Assembly: GCA_021734995.1 (NCBI GenBank) | Contig: JAIPHX010000005.1 | Coordinates: 4,099-68,098 of the forward strand | DNA from: Minisyncoccota bacterium | Lineage (GTDB): Bacteria; Patescibacteriota; Minisyncoccia; Phycocordibacterales; UBA9973 | DNA: 64,000 bases | Direction of reading: 5' to 3' | Shown: positions 20,192 through 31,400 of the stretch, in pieces | How the letters are laid out: the number at the start of each line of letters is the position of its first letter | How positions within the stretch are numbered: the first letter of the stretch is position 1 | Made by a program: the position numbers and the translations under genes | The notes under the pieces: generated by a model | Told to the model about the DNA's origin: nothing | The model's database searches: none | The model's input: only the letters and a program-made list of their open reading frames with translations

Positions 20192-20500
20192 ATGTTGAAA
20201 ATTAGATTGCAAAGAATAGGAAGGAAGAACGACCCAGCCTTTAGAGCTGTTTTGACTGATTCTAAAAACGGCACAAAGAGCGGGAGATTTTTGGAAGTTG
20301 TAGGTTCATATAACCCAAAGAAAGGGGAGACTCTTTTCAAGACAGAAAGAATCCAATACTGGATTAGTAAGGGAGCAAAACTTTCAGATACGATGCACAA
20401 TTTCCTAGTAAGTCAAAAAGTAATTCCAGGTAAAAAAATAAATGTTTTGCCGAAGAAAAGTCCTACTAAGAAAAGAAAAGAAATTAAAACTGCAAAATAA
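20192..20500 (+). CDS. rpsP: 30S ribosomal protein S16
   Basis: MLKIRLQRIGRKNDP...GSYNP...YWISKGA. Confidence 0.97.
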   Translation: MLKIRLQRIGRKNDPAFRAVLTDSKNGTKSGRFLEVVGSYNPKKGETLFKTERIQYWISKGAKLSDTMHNFLVSQKVIPGKKINVLPKKSPTKKRKEIKTAK

Positions 20501-20624
20501 ATTGCAGTTTTAATTTTCTAACTTGCACATCTTTATATAAATAATATATAATACACTAACTGCAGTGATATGTAATTTTGGTCGTAACACTGCTTTTATA
20601 TTAGAAATTAAACCGCTTCACATT

Positions 20625-20951
20625 ATGCAAGAAACCGACAAGGAATTTCTAGAATATGTGGTGAAAGCTCTTGTAGACAATCCGAACGATGTAAAAATCG
20701 ATCGTAGTGTAGACGAGATGGGTGTACTTATCACTCTTTCTGTTAATCCTGCCGATATGGGTAAGATTATTGGAAGAATGGGTAACACTGCTAAAGCTAT
20801 CCGCACTCTTCTTAGAATCATTGGTATGAAGAATAATGCTCGCGTTAACTTAAAAATTAATGAACCAGAAGGGAGTTCAAGACCAGTTAGTACTACTTCT
20901 GACTCATTAAAAACAGTTGATCAAGCAATGGAAGATTTGAAGGGTATTTAA
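20625..20951 (+). CDS. khpA: KH-domain RNA-binding protein KhpA/YlqC
   Basis: DMGKIIGRMGNTAKAIRTLL; located between rpsP and trmD. Confidence 0.9.
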   Translation: MQETDKEFLEYVVKALVDNPNDVKIDRSVDEMGVLITLSVNPADMGKIIGRMGNTAKAIRTLLRIIGMKNNARVNLKINEPEGSSRPVSTTSDSLKTVDQAMEDLKGI

Positions 20952-20974
20952 TATCCAGAACGATCAGGCTAAAC

Positions 20975-21020
20975 AAAAACAAAAGACTATGGTATAAATC
21001 CATAGTCTTTTGTTTTTTTT
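20975..21020 (+). terminator. Intrinsic terminator after khpA
   Basis: AAAAACAAAAGACTATGG...CCATAGTCTTTTGTTTTTTTT. Confidence 0.85.
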
Positions 21021-21057
21021 TGTGTAATACAGAACAAAAGAGTAGAATATTAAAAAG

Positions 21058-21717
21058 ATGAAATTTCATATAATTACAATTTTTCCGGAAACCTTTGATT
21101 CTTATTTAAAAGAATCTATCATTGGGCGGGCGATTACAAAAAAGCTGATATCTGTAAAATTTTACAATCCTAGAGATTTTGTTAAACCTTCCAGCAACAA
21201 CCTTCGTCCAATAGACGATCGTCCTTATGGAGGTGGTCCTGGAATGGTAATGAGAGCAGATCCGATGATCAAGGCAATAGAAAAAGCGAGTAAGTCTTGC
21301 AAAAAGAAACCAAAGATTATAATTTTTAGCCCATCTGGTAAAAACTTTGATACTGAATATGCAAAAAAGATGGGCAAAAAAGATTCACAAGATATTATTT
21401 TGATTTGTGGAAGGTATGAAGGGATTGATGCTCGTGTGCAGAAAATTTTTAAAGCAGAAAGTATTTCCGTAGGGGATTATGTTTTAACTGGAGGAGAACT
21501 TCCTGCAATGATTTTAATTGATAGTATTTCTAGACAGATCAAAGGAGTGCTTGGCAAATATGAATCTTTAGAAGAAGAGAGAGTATCTTCTAGTGAGGTA
21601 TATACTAGACCAGAAGTGTTGGAATACAAAGGAAAAAAGCACAGGGTCCCAAAAGTGCTTTTGTCTGGGGATCATAAAAAGATAGATGCTTGGAAAAGTA
21701 AAGGGAGGGGTTTATAA
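21058..21717 (+). CDS. trmD: tRNA (guanine37-N1)-methyltransferase
   Basis: DDRPYGGGPGMVM, CGRYEGID, GDYVLTGGE, YTRP, LLSGDH. Confidence 0.98.
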   Translation: MKFHIITIFPETFDSYLKESIIGRAITKKLISVKFYNPRDFVKPSSNNLRPIDDRPYGGGPGMVMRADPMIKAIEKASKSCKKKPKIIIFSPSGKNFDTEYAKKMGKKDSQDIILICGRYEGIDARVQKIFKAESISVGDYVLTGGELPAMILIDSISRQIKGVLGKYESLEEERVSSSEVYTRPEVLEYKGKKHRVPKVLLSGDHKKIDAWKSKGRGL

Positions 21718-21749
21718 TATGGGTATTGTAACTAACGTCTTATATTTAT

Positions 21750-23729
21750 ATGGTAAATAACAGAGAAAATATTCCAACAGCAAAGTCATTAGGGTATAAA
21801 GACTTAAATTCATTTAAAAAACCAAAAGGCAAGAATGGAAAAGAGAAAAAAGAACAAGAATATAGTCTTGCAGATAAGGTAGCTATTGTTGCTAAAATTT
21901 TTGTCACACTTTCTGTGTTAAATTTATTACATTTAGCCTATAAAAATGCGACAAAAGAAATTTTTGACTTAAATGGGTATAAATATACTTCTGAACAGAT
22001 GTTTAATATTGCCAAAACACAACCTAAAAGATTTTTGCAAAATATTGAATTTTTTAAAAATGTTCCTGAGCTGAATTTCATAGAAGAAATAATAGAATCT
22101 GCTCGAAAAGAACCTGATTACTTTATGTATAACAATGAATACATTAAAGAAATATTACCAGCAGATAAATGGAATAGTTTGGTAGAAAATTTATTGATTA
22201 CAAATTCATATAAAGCTGTTGAAAATCCTATATACAAAAGATTGTTGGATGAGATCAAAGAACCAAAATCAAAAGAAATTAAGGTTTTACAAAATATTGA
22301 TAATCCTAAAATTGCTCTTTTTTTAAAAAAAATAACCAAAGATGGTTGGACTAAAGAAATGGTAGAAAAAATAATAACAGATGACAAACTTTTTTTTAAA
22401 GCTTTGGTTCAGGCTAGATCAGATATTGATGTTTTAAGTGAAGAGTATTTGGAAATATATTTAAGAGATCTTTCTTTAAGAAACATATTGACGGTCAATG
22501 AATTGCACGATCAAAACGATCAGATAAGGTTTGCTTCCCTCGATGGTATATCGGCAAAAGAATTATATACTCTCCTTGTGTATGGAGAAGAAGAAATATT
22601 CACATCTTCTTTTAATGAAATATTTTCTCGCTTATTAGAAAATATGAAAAAGGAAAACATAAATGGCAAAGACTTACTTAAGCAAGTAGGGATGAACAAA
22701 TTTAGGATTTTCATTAAAGAATGCGCTAGTTTTAATAGGTTAAATGAATATTTAGCAACTCTAAACAAAAAAGATAGTGAAGAATTGATGACTAGTATTG
22801 TAAAAGATATTTCTCCAATTGCACAGAATTTAGATCAAGCCATTGCGGTAGCTGATATTTTTAGTGTAGTTACTGATACTAGAATTTTAGGAATATTACA
22901 AAAACAAATTAAGTTAGAATATGAAAAAATTAAAGTCTCAGAAGATGCAAGAATAGAAGATGAGGTAGCGTATAGAATCCTAGCTGGTATGTTTGGTAAT
23001 AAAATAGTGGTTGAGAAAGATTGGTTTGAAGATATGGTAAAAAATTTTGGGGTGGAAGATATTTCTAAAGTAGAATCTAAAGATCTTGTGAATAAAGATA
23101 ATATTAACATCCAACAATATTATTTTTATAATGATGAAGATGGTATTGCATCTTTTTATAATTTTTTGAATCAATATAAAAATAGAAAGGAGTGGGAAGT
23201 GATCTTGGAAAAGGGGTTTGTTTTGATTAAATCAAAAAAAGAAAGCAAAATAAAAATAGAAATATATGCTAACTATCCAAGTTCGGGAGAGGAGGGGTCT
23301 AGTGTCATAGAAAAATATTTTCATGAAAATAAAATAGAGCCCTTGATAGCAGTTCATCGGGGGCATAGTTACTATGTGCATAACACATTAAATAGAATAA
23401 ATGATAAGGTTAAAATTGTGCATTTAGGATCTTGTGGTGGATATAATACAATGGGAGAAATTTTAGAAAGAATACCAGATGCTCAAGTTATCTCTACCAA
23501 AGGTACAGGAAAAATGTCTATTAATGATTTTTTGTTAAAAGCCTTAAATGAAGAAATATTGACCGGAGAAAAGATTGTATGGCAAAAATTTTGGGATAAA
23601 ATCCATTCTAAATTAAAAGACGATTCTCAATTTAAAAATTATATACCACCTCATAAAAATTTAGGATTAATCTTCCTAAAAACATACAATCAAGAGTTAG
23701 ATAAAGCATATACAAATTATTGGGAGTGA
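21750..23729 (+). CDS. Membrane-anchored hypothetical protein with a possible C-terminal clan CD (caspase/gingipain-like) His-Cys domain
   Basis: One hydrophobic segment near aa 45-65; C-terminal IAVHRGHSY...IVHLGSCGGY. The ORF is clear; the function is inferred. Confidence 0.6.
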   Translation: MVNNRENIPTAKSLGYKDLNSFKKPKGKNGKEKKEQEYSLADKVAIVAKIFVTLSVLNLLHLAYKNATKEIFDLNGYKYTSEQMFNIAKTQPKRFLQNIEFFKNVPELNFIEEIIESARKEPDYFMYNNEYIKEILPADKWNSLVENLLITNSYKAVENPIYKRLLDEIKEPKSKEIKVLQNIDNPKIALFLKKITKDGWTKEMVEKIITDDKLFFKALVQARSDIDVLSEEYLEIYLRDLSLRNILTVNELHDQNDQIRFASLDGISAKELYTLLVYGEEEIFTSSFNEIFSRLLENMKKENINGKDLLKQVGMNKFRIFIKECASFNRLNEYLATLNKKDSEELMTSIVKDISPIAQNLDQAIAVADIFSVVTDTRILGILQKQIKLEYEKIKVSEDARIEDEVAYRILAGMFGNKIVVEKDWFEDMVKNFGVEDISKVESKDLVNKDNINIQQYYFYNDEDGIASFYNFLNQYKNRKEWEVILEKGFVLIKSKKESKIKIEIYANYPSSGEEGSSVIEKYFHENKIEPLIAVHRGHSYYVHNTLNRINDKVKIVHLGSCGGYNTMGEILERIPDAQVISTKGTGKMSINDFLLKALNEEILTGEKIVWQKFWDKIHSKLKDDSQFKNYIPPHKNLGLIFLKTYNQELDKAYTNYWE

Positions 23730-23789
23730 TTTGATTTACTTTCTGTATATTGTATAATTAATGCATTATAAGTTAGTCATTTTAATTAT

Positions 23790-24950
23790 ATGGGAATAGA
23801 AAATATAGAAGGGATGAGAGGGCCAGAGGGAAGTAAGGCTCCTTTGGTGAAAAAAGAAGGACCAACTGATGACCCTATAAATAAAGATTTTAGTTTAAAA
23901 GAACTACTTGACCGAAAAAGAGGGATTGAATTAATGTACCATAATTTTATGGGTCCATTTTCTCAATTTAATGAGTTGGTTAAAAAAATTAAAAATAAAG
24001 AAGATTTTAAGAATGTTGTAGTAAAAATTAAAGAACACTTAAAAAAGTATTCCACTGAAGTGCTTTTGAATAATCTTGAAAATGAAGAACAAAAAGTACA
24101 AGCTAAAGTGGATGAAAAAGATGAAGATTACAAAATAAATCCTGCAAACTACATGTCTTCTTGGATAGCTTCTTTGCAACAATTGATGGCCAAAGGGGTA
24201 AATGAATATACAGAGAGAGTATTTGTGCCCTTGCAAAATCAATTATTAAGAGATATGGAAGAGCATTATGGTGAAAGAATTTCTGAGATTGAAAAAAAAG
24301 AATCAAAAGATGCATTAAAATTAGAATCATTAGATCGTGTTTTGTCTAGTATTAATTACTTTGCTGTGCCTAAAGGAGCTTTTTTTAGTATGCAAAATGA
24401 AACATACAATGAAGATATTTTAGAGATAGTGTATAAAAATGATAGCTTTACAGTAGAAGATAAAACCTTTTCTAAAAAAATAGAAGAGTTGGAGAATTTT
24501 AATAAACTTTTAAAAGACAATTTTGATAAAAAGATGCAAAAACTTAAAGAAGAGAAAAAACCTCTTTGGAAAATTTGGCAGTCAAAAGAGTCTTTTGAAA
24601 ATAGAAAAAAAGAAAAGATAGAGTTACAAAGAGAATCTTTCGAAGAAAACGAGGGGTATACAGCTAAAGTTGATCTTCAAGAAGCAAAAGATATGAAAAA
24701 GATAATAGAAAATAAAATTTTGAATACTTTTATTGAAATTAAATCTAAATTTGCTTCACCTGATGATTTTAAAATATTCTTAGGAAGAATAAAAAATTAT
24801 AAAGATTTTATCGTACAAACCAAGAGCTTTTTAGAAAAATCTATTACAGATATTTCTTTAACAAAAGATGAAAGCGAATTACTAGGCTTGTATAGAGATA
24901 TTCAAGGTTTTAGTTCCACCCCTAATTCTATGACTACTACTTTTGAGTAA
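23790..24950 (+). CDS. Hypothetical K/E-rich helical protein
   Basis: 386-aa ORF; no motif recognised. Confidence 0.75.
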   Translation: MGIENIEGMRGPEGSKAPLVKKEGPTDDPINKDFSLKELLDRKRGIELMYHNFMGPFSQFNELVKKIKNKEDFKNVVVKIKEHLKKYSTEVLLNNLENEEQKVQAKVDEKDEDYKINPANYMSSWIASLQQLMAKGVNEYTERVFVPLQNQLLRDMEEHYGERISEIEKKESKDALKLESLDRVLSSINYFAVPKGAFFSMQNETYNEDILEIVYKNDSFTVEDKTFSKKIEELENFNKLLKDNFDKKMQKLKEEKKPLWKIWQSKESFENRKKEKIELQRESFEENEGYTAKVDLQEAKDMKKIIENKILNTFIEIKSKFASPDDFKIFLGRIKNYKDFIVQTKSFLEKSITDISLTKDESELLGLYRDIQGFSSTPNSMTTTFE

Positions 24951-25085
24951 GTTTTAATAAAAAAGTTTGGTAAGTATATTTATTAAAAGTTTTTTAGAAG
25001 TTTTGTGATTTTAAATATGTTGATTGTAATTTCAAAAAAAATAACTATCACCTCTCTGTCACATATATTAAATGTATACAAAAGT

Positions 25086-25119
25086 TTGACAAAACATATT
25101 TTATAAGTATACTTATAAA
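25086..25119 (+). promoter_or_regulatory. rpoBC promoter overlapped by a 20-bp palindrome
   Basis: TTGACA-16 nt-TATACT; TTTATAAGTATACTTATAAA at 25100-25119. Confidence 0.65.
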
Positions 25120-25203
25120 TAACGATTGAGTTTTGGATGTCTCCTTTATTATTAATTTAACTTAAATAGGGTTTAAGACCCTTTTTTGTCTTTATTTCTA
25201 TAT

Positions 25204-28200
25204 ATGCAAAAAGAAACACAGCGTCCAAAAAAGTATTTCTCAAGGTATAAAAAACCCCTTGTAAAGTTTCCTAATTTAATAGAATCCCAAGTAGAATCTT
25301 TCAAATGGCTTGTGGAAAAAGGTATTGGTGAAGTTTTTAAAGAATTTTCTCCAATCTCCGATTATTCAGGCAAAAAATTTCAATTAGAATTTTTGTCTTT
25401 TTCTTTGTCTGAGCCAAAAAATGATGAGACTTATTCCAAGGTGAATAAGCTTTCTTATCAAGGTTTACTTAAAGCAAGAGTAAAATTGATAAATAAGATT
25501 CATGGTTCTGAAAAAGAACAAGAGATATTTATGTCTGAATTTCCTCTTATGACTTCTCATGGAACATTCATCATAAATGGAGTAGAAAGGACTATCGTCC
25601 CTCAGCTTGCTAGATCTTTTGGTGTATTCTTTACACAATCCGAAAACAAAGGCAAGTCTTTCTTTGGAGCAAAAATTATTCCTGCAAGAGGTGTGTGGAT
25701 TGAGATAGAGTCTGAAGCAGATGGTGGTGCATATGTAAGAATTGATAAAAAAAGAAAATTCCCAGCTTCAATGCTTTTGAAAGCAGTAGGATATACCGAT
25801 GAGGCACAGATTTTAAATGTATTCCCTAAGAATCCTATTTGGGAAGAAGGTATAAAAAATTGTTTGCAAAAAGATTCTTCTAAAACATTAGAAGACTCAT
25901 ATATTGAAATATATAAAAGATTAAGAGATGGAGATATGGCTGCCGCTGAGAATGCCAAAGAGTTTATAGATTCTTTGTTTACCCCAGAAAGATACGACCT
26001 TTCTCCTGTGGGAAGATATAGATTCAACAAAAGATTTGAAAAAGAAATGACTCCAAAAGATTTGGAGCGTCGCACTCTTTCAAAAGAAGATTTGGCTTTA
26101 GTTTTGCTCAATATTTTTACTTTGAATGCTACCCCAAATGCAAAACCAGATGATATAGATCACTTGGGGCAAAGAAGGGTGCGTTTTGTGGGTGAAATGC
26201 TTCAACAAAAAGTTCGTACTGGTATGATGCAGATTAAAAGAAATATTCAAGACAGAATGTCTATTATTGATGCAGATACTGCAGTACCTATCAATATCAT
26301 CAACCAAAGACCACTTCAAGCTCGTGTAAAAGAATTTTTTACTACAAACCAATTGTCTCAATTTATGAACCAAGAAAATATTCTTGCGGAAATGGAGCAT
26401 ATTCGTTTGCTTTCTGCTTTAGGTCCAGGTGGACTTACTCGTGAAAGAGCAGGATTGGAAGTGCGTGACGTGCACCCTTCTCACTATGGTAGAGTTTGTC
26501 CTATTCACACTCCTGAAGGTCCAAACATTGGTCTTATCCTCCACTTAGCTACCTATGCAAAAGTAAATGAATTTGGAATAATTGAGACCCCTTATATAAA
26601 AGTAAAAAATGGAAAGATTACTGATGAGATTGTGTATTTGAATGCTCTTGAAGAAGAAAAAGTAAATATTGCACATGCTGGAGTAAATTATGACGAAAGT
26701 GGAAAATTAACTGACGAATTTGTAGCATCTAGAGTAAAAACTCAACCAAGTATGATTTCTCCTGAGGAAGTAGAATATATAGATGTTGCTCCAAATCAAG
26801 CATTTTCTATTGCTACTTCTATGATTCCATTTTTGGAACATGATGATGCCAACAGAGCATTGATGGGATCAAACATGCAGAAACAAGCAGTGCCTTGTAT
26901 TTCTCCAGAAGCTCCTTTAGTTTCTACGGGAATAGAGGATCTTGCTTCTAGGGATTCTGGTAGGTTGATTTTGTCAGAAGAAGAAGGAACTGTTACTTAT
27001 GTAGATGCAAGAAAAATAACAGTACAAGGTAAGACTGAAAAAACATATACCCTTGTAAATTATCTTAGAAATAATAATTTCTCTGCTTTCCATCAACGCC
27101 CATCAGTAGATGTTGGAGATAAAGTAAAAAAAGGAAGTGTTTTGGCTGATACTACAAGTACCGTAAATGGTCAGATTTCTATTGGACAAAATATTTTTGT
27201 TGCATTTCTTTCTTGGTTTGGATCCAATTATGAGGATGCGATTATCCTTTCTGAAAAATTGGTAAAAAAGAGCAAATTTACTTCTGTATATGTAGAAGAA
27301 TTTATTTGTGTTGTACGTGATACAAAACTTGGGCCAGAAGTCACCACGAGAGATATTCCAAATGTGGGTGAATTAAAATTAAAAGATCTTGATGAAGATG
27401 GAGTGGTCAGAGTGGGAGCTGAAGTAAGAGAAAATGATATTTTGGTAGGTAAAATTACACCAAAAGGAGAAACAGAACTTACTCCAGAGGAAAGACTCTT
27501 GAGATCTATTTTTGCTGAGAAGGCTAGAGATGTAAAAGATACTTCTTTGAGAATGGAACACGGAAAGAAAGGTAGAATCATCGGAGTAAAAATCTTTTCT
27601 AGAGATTTGGGACATACACTAGAAGCAGGTATTATAAAGAAAATAGTAATTGAAGTTGCTCAAGTAAGAAATATTTCTGTTGGAGATAAACTTTCTGGAA
27701 GACATGGAAACAAAGGAGTTATTTCTATAATACTTCCAGAAGAAGATATGCCATATATGGCAGACGGTACACCTGTAGATATCATTCTTTCGCCTCTTGG
27801 TGTGCCTTCTCGTATGAACTTGGGACAAATTTTGGAAATGCATTTGGGAATGGCTGCAAATTCTTTGGGTTACCAAGCTGTAGTTCCTCCTTTCTTGGGA
27901 GTTAAACATGATGAAATTAAAAATGAATTAAAAGAAGCAGGTTTCCCTGAAAATGGAAGAGTGACTTTGTATGATGGACGTACCGGAGATGCTTTTAATC
28001 AAGATGTAGCAGTAGGATATATGTATATGCTCAAATTGCACCATATGGTAGAAGATAAAATACATATGCGTTCTATTGGACCTTACTCACTTATTACCCA
28101 ACAACCACTTGGTGGAAAAGCTCAAGGTGGAGGACAAAGATTTGGAGAAATGGAAGTATGGGCATTGGAGGGTTATGGAGCAGCTTATACTTTGCGTGAA

Positions 28201-28398
28201 ATGCTTACAATAAAATCTGATGATATATCTGGTCGTTCTCAGGCATTTGATTCCATTATCAAAAACGAAGTTATTAGACCTCCATCATCACCAGCATCTT
28301 TCAATGTGCTTTTGAATTATTTAAGAGGTTTGGCTTTGGATGTAAATTTAAAAAAATCTAACCCTTCAATTAAAAACGAAGAGAATGATAATAATTAA
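25204..28398 (+). CDS. rpoB: RNA polymerase beta subunit
   Basis: GTFIINGVER, DDIDHLG, TPEGPNIGL, ANRALMGSNMQKQ, GDKLSGRHGNKG, GGQRFGEME. Confidence 0.99.
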   Translation: MQKETQRPKKYFSRYKKPLVKFPNLIESQVESFKWLVEKGIGEVFKEFSPISDYSGKKFQLEFLSFSLSEPKNDETYSKVNKLSYQGLLKARVKLINKIHGSEKEQEIFMSEFPLMTSHGTFIINGVERTIVPQLARSFGVFFTQSENKGKSFFGAKIIPARGVWIEIESEADGGAYVRIDKKRKFPASMLLKAVGYTDEAQILNVFPKNPIWEEGIKNCLQKDSSKTLEDSYIEIYKRLRDGDMAAAENAKEFIDSLFTPERYDLSPVGRYRFNKRFEKEMTPKDLERRTLSKEDLALVLLNIFTLNATPNAKPDDIDHLGQRRVRFVGEMLQQKVRTGMMQIKRNIQDRMSIIDADTAVPINIINQRPLQARVKEFFTTNQLSQFMNQENILAEMEHIRLLSALGPGGLTRERAGLEVRDVHPSHYGRVCPIHTPEGPNIGLILHLATYAKVNEFGIIETPYIKVKNGKITDEIVYLNALEEEKVNIAHAGVNYDESGKLTDEFVASRVKTQPSMISPEEVEYIDVAPNQAFSIATSMIPFLEHDDANRALMGSNMQKQAVPCISPEAPLVSTGIEDLASRDSGRLILSEEEGTVTYVDARKITVQGKTEKTYTLVNYLRNNNFSAFHQRPSVDVGDKVKKGSVLADTTSTVNGQISIGQNIFVAFLSWFGSNYEDAIILSEKLVKKSKFTSVYVEEFICVVRDTKLGPEVTTRDIPNVGELKLKDLDEDGVVRVGAEVRENDILVGKITPKGETELTPEERLLRSIFAEKARDVKDTSLRMEHGKKGRIIGVKIFSRDLGHTLEAGIIKKIVIEVAQVRNISVGDKLSGRHGNKGVISIILPEEDMPYMADGTPVDIILSPLGVPSRMNLGQILEMHLGMAANSLGYQAVVPPFLGVKHDEIKNELKEAGFPENGRVTLYDGRTGDAFNQDVAVGYMYMLKLHHMVEDKIHMRSIGPYSLITQQPLGGKAQGGGQRFGEMEVWALEGYGAAYTLREMLTIKSDDISGRSQAFDSIIKNEVIRPPSSPASFNVLLNYLRGLALDVNLKKSNPSIKNEENDNN

Positions 28399-28403
28399 AA
28401 AAT

Positions 28404-31400
28404 ATGAAAACACTAAACATAACTGATTTTGATTCAATAATTCTAAAGTTGGCCTCTCCAGAACAAATAAAAGAATGGTCTTATGGAGAAGTGACCAAAC
28501 CAGAAACTATCAACTATAGAACTGGTAGAAGTGAACGTGGTGGGCTTTTTGATGAAAAGATATTCGGTCCAGAAAAGGATTATGAATGTTATTGTGGAAA
28601 ATATCGTCGCATAAGATATAAAGATATTATCTGTGAAAAATGTGGAGTTGAAGTTACTCGTTCTATTGTTAGAAGAGAAAGAATGGGACACATAGAGTTG
28701 GCTACACCCGTAGCACATATCTGGTTTTTAAGAGGAGTACCTTCTAGAATGAGTATTCTTTTAAATATTTCTGTTTCTGATCTTGAAAAAGTTGTTTATT
28801 TTGCTGGTTACATTGTGACCAAAGTACACGAAGAAGAAAAAGAATCAATGATTCAAAATTTAGAGAAAGAATATAAAGCTAAATTAAAAAATACTTCTGA
28901 TGAAGAAACTAAAGAAAAATTAAAAGAACTTTTCACTACTGCGAAGAAAGAGGTGGGAGAGATTTACGAAGGAAAGGTTTTATCAGAGATTTCTTTCCAT
29001 CATTTTTCTTTGAAATATGGAACTTGTTTTGAGGCAAATATCGGAGCTGAGGCTATTTATTATATCTTTAAAAATTTGGATTTAAATAAATTAAAAGTTC
29101 ATACAGAGACTATGCTTGAAAAAGCAAGTTCAGTTGATAAAGAAAAATTACAAAAAAGACTATCTCTCATCAGAGCAATGATTCATGCAAATATTCGTCC
29201 AGAATGGATGTTTTTGACTATAATACCTGTAATCCCTCCTGTCTTACGACCAATGGTCGCTCTTGATGGCGGAAGACATGCTACCTCTGATTTGAATGAC
29301 TTGTATAGAAGAGTAATCAACAGAAATAATCGTCTAAAGAAATTAAAAGAGATAAGCGCTCCTGATGTTATTTTGCGTAATGAAAAAAGAATTATTCAAG
29401 AAGCAGTAGATGCACTTATTGATAACTCTATTGCCAAACAAGGAGATAGCGCAATGAGTCAATCTCAAAAAAGACCACTAAAATCTCTTTCTGATAATTT
29501 GAAAGCTAAACAAGGATTGTTTAGACAAAATTTGCTAGGAAAGCGTGTGGACTACTCTGGTAGAAGTGTGATTGTGGTTGGTCCAAATCTAAACTTAAAT
29601 CAATGTGGATTGCCAAAACACATGGCACTAGAACTTTTCCGTCCGTTTATTATTTCTAAAATTTTACAAGCAGAATTAGCTTTCAATATTCGTGGAGCAA
29701 ACAAACTTATAGAAGAAAGAACTCCAGAAGTTTGGGCAATGCTTGAAGAAGTAATCAAAGGTAAGTATGTATTACTAAACCGTGCTCCAACTCTTCACCG
29801 TTTGGGTATTCAAGCATTTAATCCTATATTGATCGAAGGTAATGCTATACAGGTACATCCTTTAGTTTGTGCTGCTTTTAACGCAGACTTCGACGGAGAC
29901 CAAATGGCTGTGTATGTACCATTGCTTGAAGAAGCTCAAATGGAAGCAAAAGAATTAATGGCCGCAAATAAAAACCTATTGAAGCCACAAGATGGAAATC
30001 CTATAGTACACCCATCAAAAGATGTTGTGCTTGGATCTTATTGGATGACAAAATCAGTAGATGGAGAAAAAGGAGAAGGAAAAGATTTTCCAAATCCAAA
30101 TATTGCTATTACTGCATTTGAATATGGTGTAGTCTCTTTGAGAGCAAAAATAAAAGTGTTAGGTACAAATACAGATAAATACAAACAATTCAATGGTAAG
30201 CTATTTGATACATCTGTGGGACGTTTGTTGTTTAATAGTATTTTGCCAAATGACTTTCCTTATGTAAATGATGAAATGAATCAAAAAAGATTGTCTGCTT
30301 TGGTAGATGAACTGATAATGCATTATGGAGTAGACAATACACCACCATTACTTGATAAGATAAAACAGTTTGGTTTCAAATATTCTACTTATTCAGGTAC
30401 CACTTGGGGTATTGATAATATAAAATTACCAAAAGAAAAAGAAGCTATTGTAGCTGAAGGGAGAGAGCAAGAAAGAAAAATAGTAAATGAATGGCAAGAC
30501 GGTCTTTTGTCTGAAGATGAAAAACACCAAAAGATTATAGAAATTTGGACCCATGCAAAAAAGGAGTTAGAAAAAGTTTTGTCAGATACTCTTGATAAAA
30601 ATGGATCTACTTTTGATTTGTTTACTTCTGGGGCAAGAGGAACTATGACTTCTTTGATTCAGATGGTGGGAATGAAAGGTTTGATTCAAAATAACCAAGG
30701 TAAAACTTTGGAATTTCCAATTATACCTTCATTCCATGAAGGGCTTTCTCCAATTGAATATTTCGTTACTACTCACGGAGCAAGAAAAGGTGCTTCAGAT
30801 ACAGCTCTTAACACAGCAAAAGCTGGATACCTAACAAGAAGACTTGTAGATGTTGCCCAAGATATTGTGATTACAGAAGAGGATTGTGGAACAAAAGAAG
30901 GGAAAATTCTACATAAAGAAAATGTCTCTGGAATTGAAATACCATTATCAAAAAATATTAGAGGTAGAGTTTTAGCATCTGATTTGAAAGATAAAGATGG
31001 GAATGTAATACATAAAAGAGGATTCCTTATCACAAAAGAAGAAGCTGTAAATATTGAAAAAATGGGAGTTGAAGAAGTTAATGTTCGTTCACCCTTTACT
31101 TGTAAAACTGCTCACGGTCTATGCCAGCAATGTTATGGATTAGATTTGGGAAGAAATCATTTGGTAAAGTTGGGAGAAGCAATTGGAATTGTAGCAGCTC
31201 AAGCTATTGGAGAACCAGGTACTCAGCTTACATTGAGAACTTTCCATGCTGGAGGAGTGGCAGGAACAGATATCACTACAGGTCTTCCTCGTGTTGAAGA
31301 AATTTTTGAACGTAGAATTCCTAAAAACCCTGCTTTAATTTCAGAAGTAGATGGAGAAGTTATTGAAATAAGTGATAAAGGAACAAAAGAAAAATTAATT

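Noticed and set aside
20952-21057. rimM absent between khpA and trmD
   Set aside because: The gene could lie elsewhere; loss cannot be judged from one window.
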